DNA from: an uncultured Acidobacteriota bacterium | Lineage (GTDB): Bacteria; Acidobacteriota; Blastocatellia; RBC074 | Direction: 5' to 3' | Length of the DNA stretch: 64,000 bases | Assembly (NCBI GenBank): GCA_963796275.1 | Contig: CAWCKY010000004.1 | Span: forward strand, 96,001-160,000 | Shown here: positions 10,231 to 19,922 of the stretch, in pieces | Position numbering within the stretch: position 1 is the first letter of the stretch | Layout of the letters: every line of letters starts with the position of its first letter | Translations under genes and position numbers: made by a program | The notes under the pieces: model-generated | Database searches by the model: none | What the model was told of the DNA's origin: nothing | Seen by the model: the letters and a program-made list of their open reading frames with translations, nothing else

Positions 10231-10324
10231 CAACGACCGAGCGCAGTCACCCAAAAGGGCCCGGAGCGAAGCGAAGGACCCCGGAGCAAAGCGGAGGGGT
10301 TGACGGCGTGAGGAGCGGAGCACG
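10231..10324 (+). other. ssi/primosome-assembly-like structured DNA with a tandem 20-bp imperfect repeat
   Basis: ACGACCGAGCGCAG followed by CCGGAGCGAAGCGAAGGACC / CCGGAGCAAAGCGGAGGGGT and GTGAGGAGCGGAG; resemblance to plasmid single-strand initiation signals is by eye. Confidence 0.35.
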
Positions 10325-10406
10325 ATGCACATAAGAGAAAAAGGCGACTCTATTCGTTTCAATTGTCCTCTGCCTACTTGAAAATGCGTCACTGGCTGGT
10401 TTTTCG

Positions 10407-10976
10407 TTAGTTGATGAAACCAGGCTCTTCGGGACTCCGATTGTCCTGATCTGCCTCGACTACATCTTCATCCACTATGTCCGAGAAAGACATCGCAGCA
10501 TAATGGACCGTCATATAAATGAGACTTGCCCACAAAGTAGGCCGGATGCGGATATCTCCTGAAACAAGACTTTCCGCAAATGAGCGGCCGCTATCACTCA
10601 TGAAGTCTTCCAATAGCGATTCAATATTACAACTGCCTGATCCAACTCGGCACGCCGGGCATCGACCAAATGATCGAAGATTGTTTTGGTCATCATCACG
10701 CCAAGAGCGCCAGATACATTTCTCCTCCATCTTCTCGATCCGCTTCTGATGAAGTAGGACAAACAATTCCTGAACATATTCTCTGTGCCTGGCTGCAGAA
10801 TCTTTTTGATCTTCTTGGGATTTTTTTGCTTCCCCCCACTTTTCCCTTCTTTTGATTTCCAGAGACGAGATCATCCCCCGTCGACAGGCCTCATAGAACA
10901 GGTCATCATCTGATGCCTGTCTCAACGCGTCTTTAATTTGTTTGGGTGAGGGAGTGTCTCGTGGTCTTGCGGCCAT
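10407..10976 (-). CDS. Hypothetical protein
   Basis: 189-aa ORF starting 1 bp after the upstream ORF's stop, GGAGAGG RBS, CPAC...C motif. Confidence 0.6.
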   Translation of the reverse strand: MAARPRDTPSPKQIKDALRQASDDDLFYEACRRGMISSLEIKRREKWGEAKKSQEDQKDSAARHREYVQELFVLLHQKRIEKMEEKCIWRSWRDDDQNNLRSFGRCPACRVGSGSCNIESLLEDFMSDSGRSFAESLVSGDIRIRPTLWASLIYMTVHYAAMSFSDIVDEDVVEADQDNRSPEEPGFIN

Positions 10977-10977
10977 A

Positions 10978-11721
10978 TTACCCTCTCCTTCTGCCCATGC
11001 CGCTCAGAGTATCCCTGATCTCTCGGCTGTATCCGTTCTTGATATGTGCGATGTAGTCTTGTAGCGGCAGGTGTTTATATGTCGAACGTGTTTGAGCCTC
11101 TCTAATGCCTACCCTAAACGTATCCCGTAATCGAGCTGCATTCTGTGGATCGTTGAGGGATTCATCGAGTCGCAGCCAAAGACGGGCCTGATCGTCGGCC
11201 GCATCCGGATCGTCGTGAAGTGCATCCGGACTCAAAAATATAAGCCAGTCCCGCCCATCAAACAGAGAATCTTTCCATGCCGTAATCTCGATAGGCGTTG
11301 CCTCTCTGTGATAGAGCAATTCAATTTCATCATTCACAAAATAGATATCTAGGTCCCCCTCGATATATGCCATGTATTCTTCTATGGTCACTCGATTGAA
11401 CTTCGAACGCTTGTGAGCTTCCCTGATGCCGGCGCGAAACGTACTCCGTAACCGCCTGCCGCTCGACCGCTGGTCGAGAGTTTCGTCAAGCCGCAGCCAG
11501 AGGCGAGCCTGCGCGTCAGCCGCCTCCGGATCGCCATTAAGTCCGGAGGCTTTCAGGAAAAGTTCCCAATCTCGATCATCGAGGAGCGACTCACCATCGA
11601 CCGCAGCTCCATGCTTCGCGTTCGTCTGTGAGGGGGCACACGTATGTCTATTAGGGCTGTTCGCTCTTTTCATTGTTCGTATGCTCGGACTACCTGCGTA
11701 AATTCTCTCGCTACTAACCAC
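10978..11721 (-). CDS. Hypothetical protein with two tandem ~100-aa repeats
   Basis: SLLDDRDWELFL...DPEAADAQARLWLRLDETL...RLRSTFRAGIREA repeated as SLFDGRDWLIFL...DPDAADDQARLWLRLDESL...RLRDTFRVGIREA. Confidence 0.7.
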   Translation of the reverse strand: MVSSERIYAGSPSIRTMKRANSPNRHTCAPSQTNAKHGAAVDGESLLDDRDWELFLKASGLNGDPEAADAQARLWLRLDETLDQRSSGRRLRSTFRAGIREAHKRSKFNRVTIEEYMAYIEGDLDIYFVNDEIELLYHREATPIEITAWKDSLFDGRDWLIFLSPDALHDDPDAADDQARLWLRLDESLNDPQNAARLRDTFRVGIREAQTRSTYKHLPLQDYIAHIKNGYSREIRDTLSGMGRRRG

Positions 11722-11876
11722 TAATCCCTACGAGAGCCTCTCGGCCACGGATTTGTCGCAGGGATTGGGAAGACGCTTTATCGGCTGGTGGATGTTTGTA
11801 CTCTGTGCTCCTGGCTCGGCCGAGACTTTTTATCCCCGATAAATCGCGCATAAGTGATTGAAGCTTTGTGCGTATT

Positions 11877-12943
11877 TTAAAAACGGCCCGATACGCGGCT
11901 CTCGAATCTCTGGAGCTTCGATTGCATCGTTGTGCGAGGCATCCCCAAAAGGAGAGCTGCTTTTCGTTTGTTTCCGCGTGTCATCTTGAGCGCCCCCATG
12001 ACGTCGAGATATTCCCGCATCTCATCCATTTCGGCGTTAGCGCCGCCGCTGCGGTCCTCCGCAATTGCGCCGCTCCGCCCAAACATCTCCCACACAAGAG
12101 CTTCCGTGATGACCCCTCGGTCCTCTTCGCTTTTATAGCCAGCCACAGAATTTTGTTTTCGAACTCGCGGAAATTGCCCGGCCATCTGTAGCCCCAGCTG
12201 CACAGCGTGTCGAGCGCAGCCGGGGCGAACCTGACCTCATACTGTAATCTCGCACGCGCTCCCACTTTCTTAAGCGTGGGCTCGATCAACAGTGGAATAT
12301 CTTCGAGATGCTCGCGCAGCGGTGGCGTCTTGATTGGATAAGGGTTGAGACGATTATATAAATCCTCCCGGAAAGAACCTTCCGCGACCTTTGCTTGCAG
12401 ATCGCGATGCGTCGCGGCAATTATTCGCACGTCAACTTTAATGTTGCTGGTCGGTGTTCCCCCGACGCGTTTGATGTCGCCTTCCTGCAGCGCACGCAAA
12501 AGTTTGACCTGGCTTGCGAGCGACATGTCGCCTATTTCATCAAGAAAAAGCGTTCCGCCATGGGCGGCCTCGAAGTGCCCTATTTTGCGCTGGTAGGCGC
12601 CTGTGAACGACCCTTTCTCGTGTCCGAATAATTCCGTTTCGATCAACGTATCCGCGAGTCCGCCGCAGTTCACTACGATAAGCGGCTTATTGGATCGACT
12701 ACTAAGGTGGTGAACTCGCCTCGCTACCAATTCCTTACCCGTCCCCGATTCCCCAAGTATGAGAACCGTTGCGAGCGTATCCGCGACATCGTCGATCTCC
12801 TTTTTTAATTGATGGATTAGGAGCGAATCGCCCCAAATGTCGTCTGCGCCGGCGCTGTTGTGCCCTTCGCTGTTTTTTCGAGGATCAAGCGCCGTAAGCG
12901 CAACTTCATGATTGTCTGAGAATCTGCCATTGAATCGGGACAT
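11877..12943 (-). pseudogene. Sigma-54-interacting AAA+ transcriptional regulator, no receiver domain, frameshifted before the Fis-type HTH
   Basis: Walker A GESGTGKE, ETELFGHEKGSFTGA, Walker B LFLDEIG, FREDLYNRL, WPGNFRE; the HTH (ALKMTRGNKRKAALLLGMPRTTMQSKL) lies in the overlapping 11877-12203 frame, shift near 12130. Confidence 0.85.
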
Positions 12944-13186
12944 TATGTGCCTCTTCGGACCTTGCCATCTTTCCTTTTGGGCCGATCTTTGTAAAATAGA
13001 CGCGCAAAATCCGAGCGTAAAAATAGTACAGATAGTTACTTTAGGTGGTGAGGGGTGGCGTCCACCAAAAATGGAAACGATGCAGTCTTATCGGCGCTAT
13101 GGTGGCAGAAGGTCAAAGGATAGCGCCTTCCAGACGGCGAGTATTGCACCTAAATAGTAGCTATTGTTACTAAAAAAGACAAGACC

Positions 13187-13495
13187 ATGAGTGACGAGCA
13201 GTTCAGACCCAGGCGGCTGGCGGAGAAGCTCCTTGCGATTCGCATGGGGCTCGATCTTTCGCAAAATGAAATGTTGCATGTCCTTGGATTGAAAGACGTA
13301 TACGATCGGGCGTTCGTCTCGTTTTGGGAGACAGATAAGCGGCAACCTCCCTTGGGCGTGGTGCTGAGATATGCTCGCGCCTATGGCGTTTCTACCGATT
13401 TTTTACTCGATGATAAGTTCAATTTGCCGCCGCCTCAGATTCAACTCAACCGTCCTTCGCGGAAGCGGAGACGTCGTTCGAGCAATCCTTCCTGA
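13187..13495 (+). CDS. XRE/Cro-C1-type HTH transcriptional regulator
   Basis: KLLAIRMGLDLSQNEM...VSFWETDKRQP...YARAYGVSTDFLL; divergent from the sigma-54 regulator. Confidence 0.85.
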   Translation: MSDEQFRPRRLAEKLLAIRMGLDLSQNEMLHVLGLKDVYDRAFVSFWETDKRQPPLGVVLRYARAYGVSTDFLLDDKFNLPPPQIQLNRPSRKRRRRSSNPS

Positions 13496-13712
13496 CAAGA
13501 AAGCAGCTATCGAGATATATCGAGATCATATTCAATGCCTCGGCTGCGTTCGCCGCTGACTCTCTCTCTCATTTGCTGGTATTCATTCTTCGGCTCCCGC
13601 TCGATCCGTTTCTCTTGGGCGATCTCCTTCTGCCGTGACCGATTCATTAGCTCGGCAATCTTCTCGATAGAGTTCCCAACGTCTTCGACTGCGGCCACTT
13701 CCCTGCACTGCG

Positions 13713-13814
13713 TGTACTGCGCCACGATTGCTCAGACCTTTGAGCAAGGTCAGGCCTTCGTGAAGTAGGCCTGACCTCTCGTTAAATCGCTACGCGTTGG
13801 AATATCCACAGACG
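13713..13814 (+). repeat. 102-bp direct repeat, copy 1
   Basis: Matches 19821-19922 with 3 substitutions; contains the inverted repeat AGGTCAGGCCT-N9-AGGCCTGACCT. Confidence 0.95.
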
Positions 13815-14075
13815 GTCATCCGCTGACTATAGCGTTGCCCAAAGGCCCGCTGAAGATCGGCCGATTCTATCGCCACACTGAAATGATCTGCCGCGAATCA
13901 TCGAACTGAAATCGAAGGATAGTCAGGAACTGGAAGAGGGGGAAGTTGATGATGCGGGCGATCGTCAATACTGCGGGTAGCCGACTGATGATCTGAGATG
14001 CGAAGGAGGACTTGAGATGTGGGTTTAGGGAAGGATGTGAGGATTTACAACTATCATGACGTTGGGAATAAGAGG

Positions 14076-14101
14076 GGAAGGGAGCCGTAAGGCCCCCTTC
14101 C
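14076..14101 (-). terminator. Putative intrinsic terminator downstream of the FG-GAP genes
   Basis: Stem GGAAGGG-A-GCC-GTAA-GGC-C-CCCTTCC followed by a modest U-rich run on the minus strand. Confidence 0.45.
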
Positions 14102-14148
14102 TACTCAATTGCAGGGAACTATTTTGTTACCACCCCGAGCCGTCCCTA

Positions 14149-16562
14149 TTACGGCAGGCACTGCGGATCGCCCAGCAAATGGCTGAGAAAATGCAAGAGG
14201 CAAAATTGACTGCTTGAGGATCGACTGCCTGAGGATCGAATACCTGAAAAACTGGCGCAATTGGTTGAATCGAAGTTCGCGCCGCCGTTGGTGCAAGTTC
14301 CGTTATTAGAGCGCGGCACACAGACGGTGACGCTGCCTTGGCAGCTCCCCCCATTTCCATCGCTCGCCGTGAAGAAGATGGTGTAGACCCGGCCATTGCC
14401 CTGACCGCTGCGCTCGGCGCGGATCTGAGCGGTGGAAGTTCCGATTCCCTGGCCATCGGGACAGGTATGCCCGTCACCAGTGCCGTCGGTCGGCTCGTCC
14501 TGTTTGATCTGATCGATGGTGATGGTGACCGGATCGCCGTCGGGATCTGTCACGCCCTGGATGGTGACGTTGACGAACTGGTGATTGGGCGGCCAGATCT
14601 TGGAGATGCTGGGGGAGGCCCCGCTGCAATCGGGCGACTGATTAACCGCGACAAAGACATAGGCCGAGCCTTGATCGGCGCCAGCCGCGCCGTCATCCAA
14701 CTGCGCGGCGACCACGATCGTGTTGCCGCTGATCGCCAACGACTCGCCGAACTGGTCAAATGGCGCCGGGTCCGAGGCCTCAAGCTTCTGCTGCTGGCTC
14801 CAGACTCCAGCGCTGCGCACAAAGACATAGGCCGAGCCTTGATCGAGGCCTCCTGCGCCATTATCTGCCGGCGCGCTTATCACGACCGTCTCCCCATCGA
14901 TGTCCACCTTGAAGCCGAAATGGTCAGTTGCCCCCGGGTCCGAGGCCTCGAGCTTTTGCTGCTGGGTCCAGACTCCAGCCGCTGCGCACAAAGACATAGG
15001 CCGAGCCTGGATCGATGCCCGCTGCGCCATCATCAAACTGCGCGCCGACCACGAGCGTCTCACCGTCGATCGCCGCCGCGCCGCCGAACTGGTCATTTGC
15101 CGCCGCGTCCGAGGCCTCGAGCTTTTGCTGCTGGGTCCAGACTCCAGAGCTGCGCACAAAGACATAGGCCGAGCCTTGATTGCCGCCCGCTGCGCCATCA
15201 TGCATACGCGCGCCGACCACGACCGTTTCAGCGCTGATCGCCAACGCCTCGCCGAACCGGTCACCTGCCTCCGGGTCCGAGGCCAGGAGCTTCTGTTGCT
15301 GGCTCCAGACACCACCGCTGCGCACAAAGACATAGGCGGCGCCCTCGCTGCTGACCGCGACTGTCTCCCCACTGATCGCCACCCTGAGGCCGAACTGGTC
15401 ATTTGCCGCTGCGTCGGATGCCTGCAGCTTCTGCTGCTGGCTCCAGACTCCGCCGCTGCGCACAAAGACATAGGCCGAGCCTAGACTACCGCTAAAGAAA
15501 TCACCCGGCGTGCCGACCACGAGCGTCTCACCGTCGATCGCCACCCAGTGGCCGAACACGGCGCCTGCCGCCGGGTCCGAGGCCAGGAGCTTCTGTTGCT
15601 GGGTCCAAACTCCGCCGCTGCGCACAAAGACATAGACCGAGCCTTGATCGCCGCCCGCCGCGCCATCATCAAACTTATTGCCGATCACGACCGTGTCACC
15701 ACTGATCGCCACCTCGTTGGCGAACCGGTCACCTGCCGCCGGGTCCGAGGGCTCCAGCTTTTGCTGTTGCGTGAAGGTCGGGTCGATCGTCACTGGATAG
15801 ATCGCTCCTTCATCCGCCACCTCCAGCTTCACCTCATCTCCGGACGAGCTTCATCCGCGCCTCGAGCCCTCGCCCAGTCGCGTCGAACGCATGCAGCTTC
15901 TCATAGCGCAGACCTGCTCCAGCTCCCTTACCATTGAGCTGGATCGCCTGCCCACTCTCCAACAGCCGCGTTTTCAAATCTCCACTCAGCTTCAGCCACA
16001 GATTCAACTTCTCTCCGGCCTTTCTCTTTCCAGGAGCTTGCACGATCGTGAAGCCCTGCTCCAATCCGCTCGCACGGTTCACATACCATTCGCCGAGCGT
16101 AGCGCCGTCTTGCGCTCGCCTCTCGTATTCGATCCGCTCCCCACTGGCTTTGAGGCCGCCTGAGGTCACAGCCTTCTTCCGCTCACCATAGCCGTATGCG
16201 GTCAGCTTCATTCCCAGCCGCCACTCGCTCCCCGCCAGGCTCGATCCTCTCACCTCTACGCCCTCTCGCGTAAAGACAGCTCGGTAGCCCTGCTTCGGAT
16301 TGCCTGCCTCATAGATACCCTCTCTCCTCTCCGCGATCTCATAGCGCGCCGCCGTCACCGCGGCTGAAAGCGAGTTGTAGAGTCCCGTTTGTTCCAGATG
16401 CCGGATCGCCGCTGGTCCGCGCAGGGCCGGCATCGGCGGAGCGGCTTTATTCGTCGAATCTGCTCCGGCGGTCCGGATCGCCGTCAGTCCGGCGTAGCAG
16501 CCGATCAGCGCCATCGCTACGATGATCAGAAAACGCGCAAGGCGATTTCGTTGCTTTCTCAT
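14149..16562 (-). pseudogene. FG-GAP repeat (7-blade beta-propeller) secreted protein, paralog 2, two frameshifts
   Basis: MRKQRNRLARF start at 16562, near-identical N- and C-terminal domains to 16760-19171; split over three ORFs with shifts near 15840 and 14975. Confidence 0.88.
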
Positions 16563-16759
16563 ACTTGTCTCCTTAATTGATGTTTGAAGTTGACTATTGA
16601 TTGACGGTCGAAGATGCCCGTCGTGATGAAACGATAGATGGCTTAACAGTTCGGTCTGGCGCCGCCGAAAGCGGTAAGGGCGGATGGAAAGGAGCCGCCA
16701 GACTCCCTTCCACCACCCAATTGAAGTGAACGATCTTGCCATCGCCCGAACTGTCCTGA

Positions 16760-19171
16760 TCACTGCAGGCATAGCGGGTCGCCCAGCAGGTGCAGCAGCG
16801 AATCCAAGAGACAAAAAGAACTGCCAGAAAAACCGGTGCAATTCGTGGAATCGAAGTTCGCGCCGCCGTTGGTGCAAGTTCCGTTATTAGAGCGCGGCAC
16901 ACAGACGGTGACGCTGCCCTGGCAGCTCCCCCCATTTCCATCGCTGGCGGTGAAGAAGATGGTGTAGACCCGGCCATTGCCCTGACCGCTGCGCTCGGCG
17001 CGGATCTGAGCGGTGGAGCTTCCGATTCCCTGGCCATCGGGACAGGTATGGCCGTCACCAGTGCCGTCGGTCGGCTCGTCCTGTTTGATCTGATCGATGG
17101 TGATGGTGACGGGATCGCCGTCGGGGTCGGTCACTCCCTGGATGGTGACGTTGACGAACTGGTGATTGGGCGGCCAGATCTTGGAGACGCTGGGGAACGC
17201 CCCGCTGCAATCGGGTGGCTGATTGGCTGGAGCAAACACATAGGCCGAGCCTTGCTCGCTGCCCGCTGCGCCATCATCACCCCTCGCGCCGACCACGATC
17301 GCCTCCCCGCTGATCCCTACCATGTCGCCGAAGAAGTCAAGTTCCGCCGCGTCCGAGGCCTCGAGCTTCTGCTGCTGGGTCCAGACTCCGCCGCTGCGCA
17401 CAAAGACATAGGCTGAGCCTTGAGCGCTGCCTGCCGCGCCGTCATCTTGCGACGCGCCGACCACGACCGTCTCCCCACTGATCCCCACCGAACTGCCTAA
17501 GTTGTCTAATGCCGCGGCGTCCGAGGCTAGGAGCTTCTGCTGCTGGGTCCAGACTCCACCGCTGCGCACAAAGACATAGGCTGAACCTTGATCGCTGCCC
17601 GCTGTCCCATCATCAAACAGTGCGCCGATCACAAGCGTCTCCCCGCTGATCGCCACCGACCAGCCGAACTGGTCACCTGTGTCCGATGCCTCGAGCTTCT
17701 GCTGCTGGGTCCAGACTCCAGCGCTGCGTACAAAGACATAGGCCGAGCCTTGATCGCTGCCCGCTGTCCCATCATCACGCGGCGCGCCAATCACGACCGT
17801 CTCCCCGCTGACCGCCACTGAGAAGCCGAAGAAATCGACTGCCCCCGCGTCGGAGGCCTCGAGCTTCTGCTGCTGAGTCCAGACCCCACCGCTGCGTACA
17901 AAGACATAGGCCGAGCCTTGAGCGCCACCTGCTGTGCCGTCATCTTGCGACGCGCCGACCACGACCGTCTCCCCGCTGATACCCATCGAGTCGCCCAAGT
18001 TGTCAAATGCCGCGGCGTCCGAGGCCTCGAGCTTCTGTTGCTGGCTCCAGACTCCGCCGCTGCGCACAAAGACATAGGCCGAGCCTTGATCGGAACCCGC
18101 CGCGCCATCATCAAACCGCGCACCGACCACGACCGCCTCACCGCTGATCGCCACCGAGAAGCCGAACTGGTCACCTGCTCCCGCGTCCGAGGCCAGGAGC
18201 TTTTGCTGCTGGCTCCAGACCACGCCGCTGCGCACAAAGACATAGGCCGAACCTTGATCGCTGCCCGCTGCGCCGTCATCATCCCGCGCGCCGACCACGA
18301 CCGTCTCCCCGCTGATCGCCACCGAGTTGCCGAAGCTGTCACCTGTCCCCGGGTCCGAGGGCTCCAGCTTCTGCTGTTGCGTGAAGGTCGGATCGATCGT
18401 CACTGGATAGATCGCTCCTTCGTCCGCCACCTCCAGCTTCACCTCATCTCCGGCCAGCTTCATCCGCGCCTCTAGCTCTCGCCCAATCGCGTCGAACGCA
18501 TGCAGCTTCTCATAGCGCAACCCTGCTCCTGCTCCCCTTCCGTTGAGCTGGATCGCCTGCCCACTCTCCAACAGCCGAGCCTTCAAATCTCCACTCAGCT
18601 TTAGCCACAGATTCAACTTCTCTCCGGCTCCTCTCTTTCCAGGAGCTTGCGCGATCGTGAAGCCTTGCTCCAATCCGCTCGCACGGTTCACATACCATTC
18701 GCCGAGCGTAGCGCCGTCTCCCGCTCGCCTCTCGTATTCGATCCGCTCCCCACTGGCTTTGAGGCCGCCTGAGGTCACAGCCTTCTTCCGCTCACCATAG
18801 CCGTATGCGGTCAGCTTCATTCCCAGCCGCCACTCGCTCCCCGCCAGGCTCGATCCTCTCACCTCTACGCCCTCTCGCGTAAAGACAGCTCGGTAGCCCT
18901 GCTTCGGATTGCCTGCCTCATAGATACCCTCTCTCCTCTCCGCGATCTCATAGCGCGCCGCCGTCAGTGCGGCCGAAAGCGAGTTGTAGAGTCCCGTTTG
19001 TTCCAGATGCCGGATCGCCGCTGGTCCGCGCAGGGCCGGCATCGGCGGGGCGGCTTTATTCGTCGAATCTGCTCCGGCGGTCCGGATCGCCGTCAGTCCG
19101 GCGTAGCAGCCGATCAGCGCCATCGCTACGATGATCAGAAAACGCGCAAGGCGATTTCGTTGCTCCCTCAT
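16760..19171 (-). CDS. FG-GAP repeat (integrin-alpha-like 7-blade beta-propeller) secreted protein, paralog 1
   Basis: Signal peptide; seven repeats QQQKLxxSD...FGxSVAISGETVVVGA..DDG....QGSAYVF; N-terminal domain ending YPVTIDP; C-terminal WPPNH...RAERSGQGNGRVYTI domain. Confidence 0.92.
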   Translation of the reverse strand: MREQRNRLARFLIIVAMALIGCYAGLTAIRTAGADSTNKAAPPMPALRGPAAIRHLEQTGLYNSLSAALTAARYEIAERREGIYEAGNPKQGYRAVFTREGVEVRGSSLAGSEWRLGMKLTAYGYGERKKAVTSGGLKASGERIEYERRAGDGATLGEWYVNRASGLEQGFTIAQAPGKRGAGEKLNLWLKLSGDLKARLLESGQAIQLNGRGAGAGLRYEKLHAFDAIGRELEARMKLAGDEVKLEVADEGAIYPVTIDPTFTQQQKLEPSDPGTGDSFGNSVAISGETVVVGARDDDGAAGSDQGSAYVFVRSGVVWSQQQKLLASDAGAGDQFGFSVAISGEAVVVGARFDDGAAGSDQGSAYVFVRSGGVWSQQQKLEASDAAAFDNLGDSMGISGETVVVGASQDDGTAGGAQGSAYVFVRSGGVWTQQQKLEASDAGAVDFFGFSVAVSGETVVIGAPRDDGTAGSDQGSAYVFVRSAGVWTQQQKLEASDTGDQFGWSVAISGETLVIGALFDDGTAGSDQGSAYVFVRSGGVWTQQQKLLASDAAALDNLGSSVGISGETVVVGASQDDGAAGSAQGSAYVFVRSGGVWTQQQKLEASDAAELDFFGDMVGISGEAIVVGARGDDGAAGSEQGSAYVFAPANQPPDCSGAFPSVSKIWPPNHQFVNVTIQGVTDPDGDPVTITIDQIKQDEPTDGTGDGHTCPDGQGIGSSTAQIRAERSGQGNGRVYTIFFTASDGNGGSCQGSVTVCVPRSNNGTCTNGGANFDSTNCTGFSGSSFCLLDSLLHLLGDPLCLQ

Positions 19172-19820
19172 ACTTGTCTCCTTAATTGATGACTGAGGTT
19201 AACAATTGATTGACGGTCGAAGATGTCCGTCGTGATGAACCCATCGAGCGGGCGCCAGAATGCGACTGTGGAACCCGGCTTCGTAGCGAACGCAAAAGCA
19301 TCTTGACGGTATTGCCGGTAGCACTGGATACACCTTTGCCTGCCCCTTGAGCATCGCTACGTTGCTGGGGAATTGACCGAGAGTCTTAAATACCTCCGCA
19401 CTTGTTAATACACAGGTAAACGCGGGAAAAAAGTGTCGCTCGATTTGAACTGCTTAGAAAGGACGCCGATAAAATGATCTCGCGAAGTGCGCAGAGATGA
19501 GCCTGGACTACCTCCGGCGCCCGCGGCATAGAGACAGTATCATCGAAGCCGATTTTCGCCATCCACCTAAAGATGTGATTTTTTTGATACTTTGGGATGA
19601 CTTGAGGGTACATCTACAGGTAGAGATTCATCAGTTGCCACGGCACCCGCCTTTCATCAGCCGTGTCGGTTCGTAACGCGTCACACGTGCTCGTACTGTA
19701 ACAGAGATATTAATCCGCTAAGATCGGTAGGAGTTGACAGCACGAGATGCTGTGGTTGGACGTCGTTTTGCGCTTTCTCGAAATCCGCAGCTAATGGGAG
19801 CGATGTCTATGATGGCCACA

Positions 19821-19922
19821 TGTACTGCGCCACGATTGCCCAGACCTTTGAGCAAGGTCAGGCCTTCGTGAAGTAGGCCTGACCTTTCGTCAAATCGCTA
19901 CGCGTTGGAATATCCACAGACG
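19821..19922 (+). repeat. 102-bp direct repeat, copy 2
   Basis: Matches 13713-13814 with 3 substitutions. Confidence 0.95.

Noticed and set aside
13713-13814. 102-bp repeat as an integron attC site
   Set aside because: A GTTAAAT box is present only in copy 1, there is no matching RYYYAAC box, and no integrase is visible.
14700-18400. Regularly spaced ~170-bp repeats resembling a CRISPR array
   Set aside because: They are in-frame FG-GAP blade repeats, with homologous inter-repeat sequence and no cas genes.
14149-19171. Diversity-generating retroelement behind FG-GAP variation
   Set aside because: No reverse transcriptase in the window and no template/variable repeat pair with adenine-specific differences.
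19290-19385. Possible c-di-GMP-I riboswitch upstream of FG-GAP paralog 1 (GGCAAAG...GCTACCG on the minus strand)
   Set aside because: The GNRA-loop P2 and the P3 stem could not be built; would need an Rfam scan.
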